A DNA stretch of 64,000 bases, from assembly GCF_009914755.1 (NCBI RefSeq), contig NC_060933.1. One strand, 5' to 3'. Position 1 is the stretch's first letter; every line of letters begins with the position of its first letter. The notes under the pieces were generated by a model. The model worked only from the letters and a program-made list of their open reading frames with translations, did not search any database and was not told the origin of the DNA. Position numbers and translations under genes: made by a program. This DNA is from the human T2T-CHM13v2.0 reference genome, Homo sapiens. Shown one piece after another: positions 47,720 to 62,485 of the stretch.

Positions 47720-50700
47720 GTAAGTGATCTGACTATTCATTTATTTGCTCATGTAAACAGCAAACACTAAGTACCTACTCTGTGCAGAACTCTTTGCCAG
47801 TTGTAAGAAATACAAAGATGACTGCCCGCAGGGGGCTCACAGTCTAATGGGGAAGACCCACAATCCTACTGGCAATTAGTGCTGGGTGAAGGAATATTCT
47901 AAGCTGAATGTGTCAATGGAACCTTGAAGGAGTTATTCTGGTGAAGAAAGAGGGGAAAACACTTCTGGCAGAGGGACCTGCATATGCAAAGGCTTGGAGG
48001 CATGAGGAATATGGCAGAATATGAAGCTGCTGGGGGGGCCAGGGTCAGCCCTCAAAGGGCCTGGTAAGCCATTCCAAAAAGCTTGGATCTTCTCCTGAGG
48101 GGAAACCACTGAAGGAATTCAAGGACAGGGACATGACCAGTGCAGGGAGGAATTGCAGGCATTGCAGGCCTGAGACTGGAGGCAAGGAAACCAGTTAGGA
48201 GACTGATGCGGGCATCCCAAGGAGAGATGGCAGGACCTTAACCACACTGTGGAGTAGGGATGGAGACCCCCCCTTCCTGCCTCCTCCTCAGGCCTTCCTG
48301 ACCGGGTGGGTGGGGGCATGGGGGATGGGATCCCCTGAACCTTCGGAGCCCACTGCTATCCAGAGTGTGCCCGCCCCTGCCAGTTACCCACCCAAGGCAG
48401 GAAGGCAGCACAATGGAAACTGTGTCCAGGCGATTTGCTTTCCCTTCATGTTACTTGGTCCCAGAAGAAGCCCCTAGTGCTGTGCTGGCCTGGACATTCC
48501 CCCTTCCCAACGGGAGAGGGCCCTACACTTCACAGTAGTCTCGCTCCCCAGTGCTAACAGCTTGTTCTCTGGCTGGGAGGATCAGCTTCTGCAAACACAA
48601 AAACCTTTCCATTCTCCAAGCTGCTGCTGGCTGGCAGGCATACAAGCTCCCAGTCACTGCCCCTCAGACTGCCTGTCCACCCATTCTTTGACCAGGGTGG
48701 GGAGGGGCAGTGGGTGTTTGTCATTCCTCTCAGGGAGGAGACCTTGGAGCTACTCCCAGTCTTGTGGTCTGGGCCGCCTTTGAGGATGCCCTAAATGCCT
48801 GCTTTGTGTCCCCACTCCTGAGGGTGGGCTGCTGCCAAGTGGGAAGTGCCCTCCCCCTCTGGCAGGGAACTAGCACATTCCTCCCCCTCTGCTGCAGCTA
48901 CTGGGCCTGGAACAGGGCCTGGGGGTTGGGTTGGGCAGGCCCTCCCAGGAGTGGGTGTGGACCCCCCTGTGAGGCTACTCTCAACCCAGGCTCTCTGCCC
49001 AGGTCTGAAGCAGGGGTGTAGGGGTTGCTCCTCAGAAGGTGGGAGGGGAAACTGCTTCAGTTTTAGCGCTATTCTCCCCGCACCCAGGTTCGGAAGCAGG
49101 CTCAGCTGGTCGGGGTCATGTGGAGGCTGTCGTGGGGGCTGGAGGGCTGGGCAGCCTTGGGCAGGAGCAGTAGAGTAGGTCACCTCCCACCAGCAGAAGA
49201 CCTTGAGCCTGACAAGCCCAGCAATGTCCTTTGGGCAGGCACTTACCTGAGAACGGTCTCTTTGTCCTTCCTTGATGCTGTTAGCTACATCCACGTGCCT
49301 GAGTGGTACCCGTCGTCAGCTACAGTCCTGGGGGTGGGGGTGTCACTTTCCAGTGACACCTGGGGCCAGAAGCCTCTCTGAGCCTTGGTTTCTTCGTTGG
49401 TGACATGGAAAGGCTGACAACCTGCCAGGCCTCCATTCCAGGGCTATTGTGAGGTACGCTTGAGAGAGAAGAAGTAAACATGCTGCAAGCGGAGGAACCA
49501 CCTACACATAACGGACAATCATTGCTGATTTGTCTGTCATTCTTTCTCGTAGCTTTCCTGCAGTACCCTCAGGGAGCCCGAGCAGAGAAGGGGGGTGTGG
49601 AGACAGAGGTAGTCTCCTAGGGAGCAGGGCCCAGTGGCAGCAGCAGTGGTATTTGCTTTTGTTGTCACTGGCTCTGGGGTTGTTGGCCGGCTTTCAGATG
49701 AGCATCTATTCTCCAGAGCCTTGCATATCTCAGAACCACCTGCAGAGGCCTGAATAGAACCAGGCTGGCTGAGACTCAGGAAGGCCCCTGCATCCATCCT
49801 GAGCTTGCCTCTGGGAGTCCCATGCTCTTGAGTGCCTCCATGGGAGAAAGAGGGCGAAGCTGGGGCAGACAGAAGGCACCCTAGCTGCTGGATGGGGTCA
49901 CTATGAGGAGCAGCTGGTCTCACCAGCATCCATCACACTGTCTTTGGAAGCTCCCAGATACCACCCTCCCATAATCAGCTTTTGCCTCATGAAGACAAAC
50001 ACTGGAGTGAGAATTTGGGTTTGTAGTTGGATTTGACTCTGGTGAGCTGAGTCTAGACCTCATAAACCTCCTTTTTATGGTATTCCCAGATATTTATTCT
50101 GTGACTCAGCCAAATAAAACTTTGGCAGGGGTAGGTATGTACCCTAGGAAGGACTGTAGCCATTCCCTCATTTCTGGGACAGGCCAGGTTGGTTGGAGCC
50201 AGCCAGGAACAAGCAGGTAGAGAAAAGGAAATCTGGGCAATTGCCTGCAACAGCACAGAAACATCCCTACCTGCTTCCCTTCTATAGCTGCTGGGTACCA
50301 GCTAGTGAGCACAATAGGCTGCTTAAAGGGCAAAGATTGGGATCCCCCTAGGGCCAGGCTACATGTTCCCAGCAGAGTAGAGAAAGAGGCTGTCAGTAGG
50401 TATAAAGCAGGTGGAGGAAGGTTAGAAGAAAAGGAACTAGCCCAAGAAGAGATGGCCTTGGGACTGCTGGGATGCAATGATGTCAGCCGGCTGTACTGAA
50501 GGGGTCCTTTCCAGCCCATTAGCCAATTCATAGCAGGGAAACAGGGACTTCTCATGGTCTTCCAGGCATGGATGGTGGAACAGATCAGGATGCTCTGTGT
50601 GGTCCTGAGGCTATCACACAGGAGATGGGGCAAGAAGCTTCCCAGAGCGCCATGTATTGGAAGAGCAGGGGAGCCAGCTGTTCCCCAGCCCAGCCTCTGT

Positions 50701-51611
50701 CTGGGGACAGCACCCTCAAAAGGGGCCAATGTCAGGCTCTGAGTCCCAGCTCTAAATCCCTTCCCACTCTGTCCCACCACATCCTGGCCTGTCCCTGGGC
50801 CTGCCCAGGCCAGAGATACACTTTTAGGGATTTAAATCTTTCCTGATCATTTGTTTGTCAGCTTCACTAATTAAGCAGTGTTAATTTCATTTACTGGAAA
50901 TGGAAATTCATCCACCTCATTTCTTCTCATTCATCCTCCACACACAAAATCCATCACTCCTCGGCTGCGGGCTGCGTAAAATTTACAAGACTAATTATGT
51001 TGTCAGGTCTCTTTGTAAATACAGTCCTTAAAGGCCACTGTGCTTGCTGGGTTGTAATGCAAGGGCATTCCTGTTGTTAGTTTAATTACTGGTTAGTTAT
51101 TTAGGTTCTCAAATGTTTGCCTCATTTTCCCTAAATCAAATTAAATGTCCCGCTTGATGTATTCTGTCTCTAAGGCCTTGCTCTTATTTCCACACTGTTT
51201 AAATATGACTTCTAATCGAACGAGAGTGCCTGGAAAAGCCCAGCTGCTGGAGAGGCTGAGCCCAGCTCGGCACCATGGCCTCTGGGCCATGCTTGAGGTT
51301 TTGAACCCTCTAGCAACTGATAACCTTCTTTAGAGCAGCCTTGGGCTAGTCCCCTGCCTTTGGAAACTGTGAACGTCCTAACACAAGGGGAATTTTTGTT
51401 CCTGGAGTCGAAGGTGGCAAGGCTGAGGTATGGGAAATGGAGAGAGGGTTTCATTATTGTCATCAGAAGGGCGGAGGAGCATTGCATCCATCCAGCTGAC
51501 TTCTAGAGGGACGGCTTCCAAACCATCCCAGAAAAAAAAAAGTGCCATCTATGGGAGCCTCTCTCTCTGATTCCTAAAGTACGTTTGGGTCAATTTTCCC
51601 TAAATGTCTAC

Positions 51612-52105
51612 TATATTAGTTTCCCGTTGCTGCTGGAATAAACTACCACAAATTTAATGGCTTAAAATAACACAAAATTATCATATAGTTCTGGAGGTCA
51701 GAAGTCCAAAATAGGTTTCACGGAACCAAAACCAGGTGGTAACAGGGCTGCATTCCCTCTTGAGGCTCCAGGGGAGCAGCCCTTTCCCTCCCCTTTCCAA
51801 TTTCTACAGGCTGCCCACATTCCATGGCTTGTGGTCCCCTTCCAGCAAGCAATCGAATCATTCTGACATCTGCTTCTATGGTTACATCTCCTTCCCTGAC
51901 TCTCCTGCCTCCCTCTTTCCCTTATAAGAACCCTTGTGATTACATTGAGTCTACCCAGATAATCCAGGATAATCTCCTCCATCTCAATGTCTTTCACTTA
52001 ATCAAATCTGCAGAATCCCTCTTGCCATGAAAAGTGACATATTTACAGGCTCAGGGGATTAGGATATGGACATCTTTGCAGGGGGGCCTTATTCTGCCTA
52101 CCACA
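51612..52105 (-). mobile_element. MaLR solo LTR (MLT1-type, MLT1D-like)
   Basis: TATTAGTTTCC...GTTCTGGAGGTCAGAAGTCC...ATAATCCAGGATAATCTCC...ATTCTGCCTACCACA. Confidence 0.8.
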
Positions 52106-52923
52106 CACCCCCTCCAAGTGCCTCTTGCATGACTTAATAAGGGAGTCATTAAACAGCTGCTGTCTTGGAGCCAGTCCTGGGCTAGACTCATTTAGGACAG
52201 CACAGTAAGAGAGGAAGCCTGCTGTCAGTGGCTGGCCTGGTATCCTTGTCTCTGTAGCGTGGCATCTACTTCCTCCTGTCCACTGACCTGGCCTGATGCC
52301 CCTACATGCCCTCTGCTTTAGCAGAGTGCCCCCAGGTAGGGGCTGCACTAGCCTTCCACCTCTCCAGCTTCGGCTCCCCTGAGCTTGGTGAGGAGGCTGG
52401 GAGGACCGAGCTGGTGGCGGAAGGGCTGGGACTATGTTCATGACTACATATCAGGATGGGCGCCAAGTACACAGAAAATGAAAGAAAGAGTGGGAGGCAC
52501 TCCCTTGACATGGGGCTGGTGGGGAGAAGGGCCTCTGCTGAGTGGTCCATTGTTGATTGCCAAAAGCTGTGCCCAGGTCAAGTGGGCCTGTGGAAGCCTG
52601 ACTGGCTGGCCTGGGACTTCTGGGTTTGGGGAGCATGCCTAGATCTAGGGCTCAGGCTGAACCTGGGACTGTGGGGATATGCTCATAGGTGGCTAGTTTG
52701 GGACTCACTGTAGACAATTCGATGTTAGTTCAAGCTTAGCCCATATTTAGCTGGGGGGAGGGGTACATGGGCATTATCCAGGCATCTATGGAAAGCTGCC
52801 TGCCCTTGGCTGGGCATCCAAACCCCCTCTGAGGGTTCTGCTCCTTCCCAAGCTCACACACCTTCTTCACTTAGCAGCTCTTTGAGCCAGCATCCCCCTT
52901 TCCTGCACCTTGGGGAGAATTAG

Positions 52924-53571
<648 letters not shown>

Positions 53572-53739
53572 TGAAAATCAGGAGGCAAGAGGGTCTCCAG
53601 TGAGAGCTGGGGTCTGCTGCCCCAGAGCTTCCCTCAGGAGGGCCCCCACCTGTTTGCTAAAGATCTCTTAGATGTGGCGATCAGTAACTCAGAAGACATA
53701 GCTGGAAGGCTCCAGGGCCTGACAGGCTCCAGCTGAGTA

Positions 53740-54179
53740 CAGTGGGCCCTTAGACAATGTGGGAATGAGGGACACTGACCCCCACACAGTCAAAAATCTG
53801 TGTATAACTTTGGGGTCCTCAAAAACATAACTACTAATAGCTTACTTTTGACCAGAAGCCTTACTGACAACAGTCAAATAACACATATATTGTGTGTTAT
53901 GTATATTTTATGTACTGTATCCTTACAATTAGGCAAGTAGAGAAAAGAAAATATGTTATTAGGAAAATCATAAGGAAGAAAAAATATATTTACTGTTCAT
54001 TAAATGTAAGTGGATCATCACAAAGGTCTTCATCCTCATCATCTTCACATTGAGGAGGCTGAAGAGGAGGAGAAAGAGGAGGGGTTGGTCTTGCTGTCTC
54101 ATGGATGGCAGGGGCAGAAGAAAACCTGTGTATAGTTGGACCCATGTAGTTCAAAGTCATGTTGGTCAAGGGTCAACTG
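53740..54179. mobile_element. Tigger2a/MER28-like non-autonomous DNA transposon
   Basis: Terminal inverted repeats CAGTGGGCCCTT / AAGGGTCAACTG flanked by TA on both sides (53738-53739, 54180-54181); ~440 bp. Confidence 0.8.
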
Positions 54180-56383
54180 TATGTTAAAGACCAGGTCCTT
54201 GTCTACAAGCTTCCTCAACTCCGCACGGGGCCTTTCCTCTGCCATCTGGGCTAGATTTGGGGAAACTCCCAGGAAGGGGTGGCTGCTGCTGGTTGCCTGC
54301 CCTCGGGTGGGACTGTAAGGCCTGGTAGGCAGGTCTGCCCCTGAGCCTCTCTGTAGCACCCCCTCTTCTCCAGACATACCTAGAGTGGTGGGTGGGGCCT
54401 CTGCAGAAGTCTGACACCAACCTGGAACCATTACCTCGACATTGGGGCTGGATTTCACCCTGACTGTGTTTCCCATCATATTCCACTGGGCGTAGATTTC
54501 AGTTTCACTCTCAGAGGGTCTCTTAGCTGTGGCTTTGCAGGCCCTTCCTTATTGTGTCCCAAAGGTCCCCTTCTTTCAAAGGCTGTGTACTATTTTTCCA
54601 TGGGCAGGACTGGGAGGACCTAAGGATGAATTTCTGCCTGAAGTTGCTCAAGGTCTCTGGGCTCATCAGACAGCAGTGGGACTCTGTCTTCTCTTCTTTC
54701 ACTTCCCTCCTGCCCTGACAGTCTGCAGGCAAGTTCTACACTCCTGCCTCTTATGGCCCTGAGCTTCCTGAGACATGTGGACACCTTCCCCAGCACTGAC
54801 AGGCCTGAGCAGAGGGAGGACTGCCCAGGCACAGGGGCCATGGTGCCCTCTCAGCTTTATCCTTTACCCAGAGCCTGGGGCAGAGGGTGGGAGGGAGGCA
54901 GCCCCTCCTGCCATACGCCCTCCCCGGCTACTCTCCAACAAAGCAGAGACCAGAGGTTGCAGCCTCAGGAGTTTTCTCCACCAAAAAGTCCACCTCCCAA
55001 TTAATCACCAGGCCTTCCAGACACATGTAGGTCTCCAGGCAGGGAAGGATCTCTGTAGAAACTTTAAAACTCAGGGAGAGGAGAAAAGGCCTGTCTTGAT
55101 CATACCTGGCCCAGCCCTGCCCCTGCTTTCCCAGCTCAGATAGCCCAGGGCCAAGCGCAGAGCATCTCTGGTTGGCCTGACCACCTTCCTTCCTCAAGCC
55201 AAGCAGAAGGGCAGAGGCCCAAGCCAACCACCCTACTCCTACTCTGCTATGTCCTGTAAATCAAATAGCAGATTGCTGGGAAAATGGGGCGTTGAGAAGA
55301 AACATTATTGCTTTCGCTGAGCAGGTCCCAAGAAGACAGGAACTCAGCTGGACAGAGAAGCCTTCTGCTCTCCTATCCTGCCAGGAAAACAGGGCTGCTG
55401 CCTTTGCAAAATGGAAGACTCAGTTTTTTATATAGAATAATGGCATGTGACATGGTCAGGACCCACCTGTCTCTCACTTGTTTACTCACTTCCTGTTCTC
55501 TTCTTTTCTTCTCATTCCTTCCTCCCTCCTTATTCATTCACTTACTCATTCATACATTCAGTAACTCCTCCCTGTGTGCTCCTCTGGTTGATCTCTGGAG
55601 TTCCTACTGGGGAGATAACCACAGCCACAGACTGACCAGGGCAGGGCAGCGTGCTAAGTGCTAAAGTAGAAGTGCGCAAGGAGGGGCACCCACACTGTCC
55701 TGGGTGGGGACCAGGGGGTGGAGGGCTGGGCAGGTCTTTCTAGAGGAAGCAACACCTGAGCTGGATTGTGAGGGAGGAGAGAGAGTTAGTGAGATGAAGA
55801 AGGGTACAAAGGGGTCACATGTGCAATGACATGGGGCATCAAGCAGAGTAGCCTGTTGGGAAGTGACACGTCATTTGAAGCACCCTGCACTTATCTATTA
55901 AGTTAAGATGCTTGGACATTGTACGTCCGTGGTTTCAAGCAAAGTGTTCATGCAGAAGCCCATATTAAAAAGATGAGATTAATATTAAAAAGAGATGAGA
56001 AAATATTAAAAAGATGAGAGTGGTGCTCTGTTAGGACCAGGTCCCTGCTTGCTTAAGGGTCCCCTGTTTTCACTCCCTCTACCCCCCTGAGCATAGTTCG
56101 AAAATTGCTGCCCAGCCATCAGAGAGTTTGGGGCAGAGGAGTAACACAGTCATGTTTGTCTCTTGGAAGGATCCTCTGGCTGCAGCATGAGTGATTTTGA
56201 AGCCTGAGCTAGGGCAGGGGCAGTGGAGACAGAAATGAGAAGACAGGGTTGAGAGCTGGTGGGGTAGCAAAATCAATAGAAGGAAGTGATTGATCAGATA
56301 TTAGATAGAAGAACTGATGCTGCCTGGGTTTGAGGTGCTTAGTAGGCCATCCATAGGAGTGAGAAATGGCAGAAGAAAAACAG

Positions 56384-56460
56384 TTGCGCCACTGCAGTCC
56401 GCAGTCCGGCCTGGGCGACAGAGCGAGACTCCGTCTCAAAAAAAAAAAAAAAAGAAAAAA
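56384..56460 (+). mobile_element. Extremely 5'-truncated AluYb8/9-type element
   Basis: Yb-diagnostic GCAGTCCGCAGTCC duplication; A tail; TSD AAGAAAAACAG at 56373-56383 and 56461-56471. Confidence 0.88.
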
Positions 56461-58598
56461 AAGAAAAACAGGTTTGGCCAGAAAGTAATACAAGAAACCC
56501 AAGGGACACCCAGAGGGAGGCATCCTCCAGGCAGTTGGCTATATGAGCATGGAGGTTGAAGGAAAGCCAGGCTGGTGAATGAGATGTCAGAGACATCAGA
56601 GTCTAAGTCCCTCTTAACAGGACTGTGTCAGAGATACTGTGTCAGAGATATATGGGGGAGGCCAGAGAGGTTGTGTTAGATCTCAAATGCCAGGCTGAGG
56701 CAGAAGGAGTTTGTTCTGTTGGCAGTGGTGAGCCATGGAAGGTTTTGGAGCCAAGGAGAGGACTGTCTGTTCTAAGAAGATTGGGCTCCTGTCCCACAGC
56801 ACAGGCTTCTTCTCCAGGGAACCTGCCTGAGTAGCCAGCTCTGTGCAGGCCCTACTGTGAAGCTTCAACCAGCAACACTCTGTGGGGTGTGTGTGTGTGT
56901 GCGTGCTGGTGCAATTCTGGGGAAGGAGGCAGGAAGGATGTACGAGCAAGAGACTAGGGTCAAGCAGGTCTGCCCTAAGAAAATAAGGCAGAAGAGAATA
57001 AATCAGTGAAGCAGGTTCCAGCTCCTCCCTACCACCTGGTCCCTGGGAATTCATTCATTCTCTTAACCTCACTTACCACCCTCCCTCTTTTGCTTTATTC
57101 CTACCGGCTCACCTCCACCCCAGGAGCATGTGTGTGACTTGCGCACATACACACATACACAGTCACTTGCAAATACACACACACCACCCCCCACTGGGCA
57201 TCAGGCTGCTAAGTGGGGTGTGAAATACAATTTCCATGCGGTGCTGGCGTCTGCTCATTAAACACTTCCCTTTGCAGCTCCCTAGCGCCTCTTACAGCCT
57301 GGCCTTTGACACCCCCTGTCCCCTCCCCCCTTTAAAGGGACCACCTTTACACAGAAGGAGAAGCGGTCTCAATATTAGGGCTGACTCTGACTTATGCCTC
57401 ACAGGCTCTGTGGCGCTCTCAGTCCAGTGAAAGTGCAAAAGAGCCAGCTGCCTGGACAGACCAAGACAGGACTCAGCCCGCCCTCCTGAAGCTCCGATCC
57501 ACCAGGCCTCAGGCTGGCTGGGGAGAGGCAACCCATTCTCTACTTCCCTCCAGCCCCCAACAACCCTGGTGACAGCAGCAGTTACAGGCAACAGGCAATG
57601 GCACTGGGTTCTTGGCCTCCCTCACTGGTCCTCTGCTAGTGACGGGGAGGGGACAGGACGGTGGTCCCAGCATGGGCGGTCTGGAGGGAGCTAGAGAATG
57701 GAAAACTCTGGGCACCCAGCCCCACCCCAGCTCTCTGGGACATGGCTTGGCCAGGCCTCCACATCTGGCAACAGAAACTTGAGTCTCAAGCGTGTCATCT
57801 TCATAAGACAACAGCTCTGTCTCCAAAACACTTTCCCATATGTTTGCTTCCAGCCCTGAGAAGATGGGTGGGGCAGGATAATTAACCCTGATTTGCAGTT
57901 GGAGAAATGCAACTCAAATCTGGGACTGGGAGCAAAGTTCTGGGAGCAGGAGTTAGTAGCAAAGGAAAGGTGGGAAAGAGGAGACACTTCCTAGAGAAAG
58001 GCCAAGCCTGGAAGAGGTGGGCAGGAGACGGGGGCCTGCTCCTCTTCACCCCCCACTAGCAAGCAGGGAAAGGCCCCTGCAGAACCTTGGCACCCAGATT
58101 CCGAGGATGATGGTAACAATGAGGACATTAGCTAACATGTATCGAATACTTCATATGTGCAATGTTCTGACGTAAGGGCTTCACATATAGTATCTCATTT
58201 ATTTCTCATAACAAACCTATGCTATTATGACTCCTGTTTTATAAACAGGAAACTGGTTGATGGGCCCTGTTCTTTCCAGGCCATGTTTATTTATGCAAGG
58301 TGGTTGAAGCCGTAGCCACTGCCTTCTCCCCACAGTGGAGCTCCTGGAACCCAACCCAGGGAGGGATTGGGTACCTCCACTGCCAAGCCAGTAAATTAAG
58401 GCAATGCTTTGACTGGCACTATTGCTCCAGGATGGTCAAGAAAGGAATGAGAAATCCCCAAGAAAGGAATGAGAGACAGAGATGGATGGAAGGAGGGAGA
58501 AAGGACCAATCATGGGATTCTGGGAAATGGGCTCCCAGAAGTTGCTTCTGAGCCTCAGATGGGTGCTTGGGGGAGCCCTGCTCTGCCCACAGCCCTAA

Positions 58599-58823
<225 letters not shown>

Positions 58824-58826
58824 TAG

Positions 58827-59015
<189 letters not shown>

Positions 59016-59124
59016 TGAGGGTCAGTGACAGTGGTCCTTCCCCTGACTGAGTGCTCCCTCCCCAACCTGTGCCAGGGCCTGACAGGAGATTGTAGGAAGG
59101 CCCGGCCCTGTCTGCTGAACCCTT

Positions 59125-59400
59125 GGCTGTTTGTAGACCCTCCCTGTTTATGCAGTTCCCATCCCTGTGTTTGCAGACCCTGTTCCTGTTTATGCAGATC
59201 AGGTGCTGTTATGCAGATCCAGCCCTGTTTATGCAGATCAGGCCCCTGTTTACCCAGATCCTGTCCCTGTTTACTCAATTCCTACCCTGTTTATGCAGAC
59301 TATATCCCTGTTGGCACAGACCGTGTCCCTGTTTGCAGACCCTGTCCCTGTTTACCCTGACCCTGACCCTGTTTAACTCAATCCCTGCCTTGTTTACCCA
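59125..59400 (+). repeat. Degenerate ~20-21-bp minisatellite, core CCCTGTTTAYGCAGA
   Basis: About 13 recognisable units in DNAI1 intron 15. Confidence 0.85.
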
Positions 59401-59649
59401 GGCCCCCATTCCTGTCTGCAGAACCCCTGGCCGTTTGCAGAATCCTAACTGCCTGGGACAAGCAGGCCAGAGGGCTGGTTTCTGTTTGCCTGGCCTGGTC
59501 CCAGCCCTTACAGGGGCCCTAGTTCAGTCTGTCCTGCGCTGAGTCCTGCGCTGAGAGTGCCTGGGCTGAGCTCCTCTGCTGAGTAGGGGAGGCACTGGGA
59601 GCCTCCCTCTTGGAACTGGGCTAAGCCTGCCCCTCCCTCTTTTCCCAAG

Positions 59650-59729
59650 GTTGTGGCACTGCCTTTGACTTCCACAAAGAGATTGACTACATGTTCCTAG
59701 TGGGCACAGAGGAGGGAAAAATCTACAAG
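59650..59729 (+). CDS. DNAI1: DNAI1 exon 16, (G)[26 protein letters not shown]
   Basis: Pyrimidine tract + AAG acceptor; 80 nt; GTGAGG donor; FLVGTEEG dynein IC motif. Confidence 0.96.
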
Positions 59730-60835
59730 GTGAGGCTGCCCTGTGCCAGCTCCTTAGAAGGCCGCTTAGACCTGAGCACCTGGGGAGCTTAGAGTTCTCA
59801 ACAGATCCTATTTTGATGGATTTTAGTTCCCGTCAGTTCTAGAAGGCCTCTTGAGGGAAGAGAATGTATTTCTTGACCTGCTTGGGTGATAGGAATAAGG
59901 GCTAAATGCAGGAAAGGGGATGGAGAATCTAGAGGGTGACTTTAGCCCAGCTCAGCATCTTTTCCTCCGGGCCCTCCCTCCCTTCCTGGGAGTTGAGGTA
60001 GAAGGGGGGATTCGGAGGAGTTAGAATATTTTGGGAAAACTTCCTGGAGGAGATTTGTACTTGAGCTGAGCTTGGAAGGCCAGAATTATCTCTGAATACT
60101 GGGTACATCCCAGCCAGCAGGATGGAACCTCACGGTCAGTTTCTACAAGGTCTCAGTGGTAGTAGGTGAACGTCCTTCTGAACTTCCATCCATCCAGAAA
60201 TAGCTCTGCTGCAAGCTTTTCTTAGGCTCAGAGACTCAGAATGTTAATTACAGGCAGCCTCTTGGGAGCCCCTGAGGCCCAGCCAGAGCTGGTCTGAATG
60301 CAAAAGAAGTCCCCACCCCCTCTTCACCCCTCCCACTGGCAGCCCAGGAGAGGCAGGAGTAACAAGAGATTACTCAGTCACACTGTCTTCTGGAGGGAGG
60401 GAGAAAGGGGCATGCTGGTCAGGGCAAAAAACTGAATAGGAAAGCTGGAGATCCAAGTCAGCTTCTGGCTCTGCACCTGCTCTTGCCTGGACAAGGTGGG
60501 ATGTTATCACTGTTGCAAGGATGATGTCTGGGCTGCAGGTGGAACCAGGGCTCTGTTTGTCCACAGGTCCTGGCCTGGAAGATGGCCAGACCACACCTCA
60601 CTCAGGGCCTGAGACCTGCTCTGCCCTCTCTTAAGGAGAGAAGGCTTTTTCTGTCTGGCCTGGAATCCTCTGGGGTCAGGGCACTACAGCCCTTTCCTTC
60701 ATCCTGCAGGAAGTCTCCCCTGCCCATCCTGAACCCCCAGATCCTCAAGCCCTTCCTTTCCCCCAGGGTGTGCTGAGGGTGGGAAGGGCAGCCAGGAGCT
60801 TGGCCCCAGTTCAGCTGGGATGCGATGTGGGTTAA

Positions 60836-61394
<559 letters not shown>

Positions 61395-62059
61395 TAAGGA
61401 CTGTGTATTTTCCAGGGGCAAGCCATCCAGGGTCCAGCCAAAAGAGGAATCATTCATCCCATGAGGCTTCAGGGAGGAAACAGAGCTGTTCACCTTGGAG
61501 GAGAAAGCACTCTGGGGGATGAGATGCCATGGAGCAGTTATTTCCTCTGCTGTATGGTGGAGAGCTAGAGGGTGGCAGGGCCCGGCTCCATCTAAGGAAA
61601 AATGTATGAGCCAGAGTTGATCAGTGACTGAATAGTGTCTATAATGTAGTGAAGTCTCCATCCCCGGGAGTGTGCAAGCTGATTCTGAGGGAACTTCAGT
61701 GGGGTGGAATGGGAGGGGGCTATTCAACACTGAGAATTGGTGAGAGCTCAGAAACAAACATCTTGTGAGCATATTCTTGAATGCAAACCCATTTTCCCTA
61801 TGGACTTTGATATAAACTGAGAAGCACTGGCTGCCCCAAGGAAAGAATGCAGCGATGAAGGCACCATTCTAAAGTCCGTCAGTCATCTCTTCCTGGAACA
61901 GATAACTACTAAGGGCCAACGATGGTGCCCAGCTCTAGGCTGGACCCTGGTGGCTTAGATACCTGCTCTTGTGGAGCTTATGTTCTAGTGAAGGGAAAGA
62001 TACAAAAAGCAACAACAAAATTCCCAGTGTTCTAGGCAGAGAATTATTAATAAAAGACT

Positions 62060-62485
62060 GTGATATGTAAACATAAATGTTCATGGCAGCATTACTCATA
62101 ACAGTCAGAGTGGCAACAACCCAGTGTCCATCAACTGCTGAATAGATAAACAAAATATAGTCTCTCCTTGGGGATTATGTCAGCAAGGACAAGGAATGAT
62201 GTGCTGATACATGCTACAACATGGAGGAACCTTGACAACATGCTTAGCGTAAAAAGCCAGTCACAAAAGACCACATACTGTATAATTCCACTTCTATAAT
62301 ACATCCAAAACAGGCAAATTTGTAGAGATGGAAAGTCAATTTGTGTGGCCTAGGGTGGTGAAAATGTTCTAAAATCGGTTGTAGAGAAGGTTGCATAACT
62401 GTGAATATACTAACACCAAGAATTTGATGCTTTAAATGAGTGAATTTTATAGTATATGAATTATATCTCAATAAAGTTGTTACAT
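62060..62485 (+). mobile_element. Old L1 3' end (L1MB/ME-like)
   Basis: AATGTTCATGGCAGCATTA...AAGCCAGTCACAAAAGACCACAT...GAATTATATCTCAATAAAG. Confidence 0.75.

Noticed and set aside
50106-50780. 224-aa antisense ORF (also the 167-aa ORF at 48791-49294)
   Set aside because: No recognisable domain or exon structure; the 224-aa ORF starts at GTG; consistent with chance in GC-rich intron
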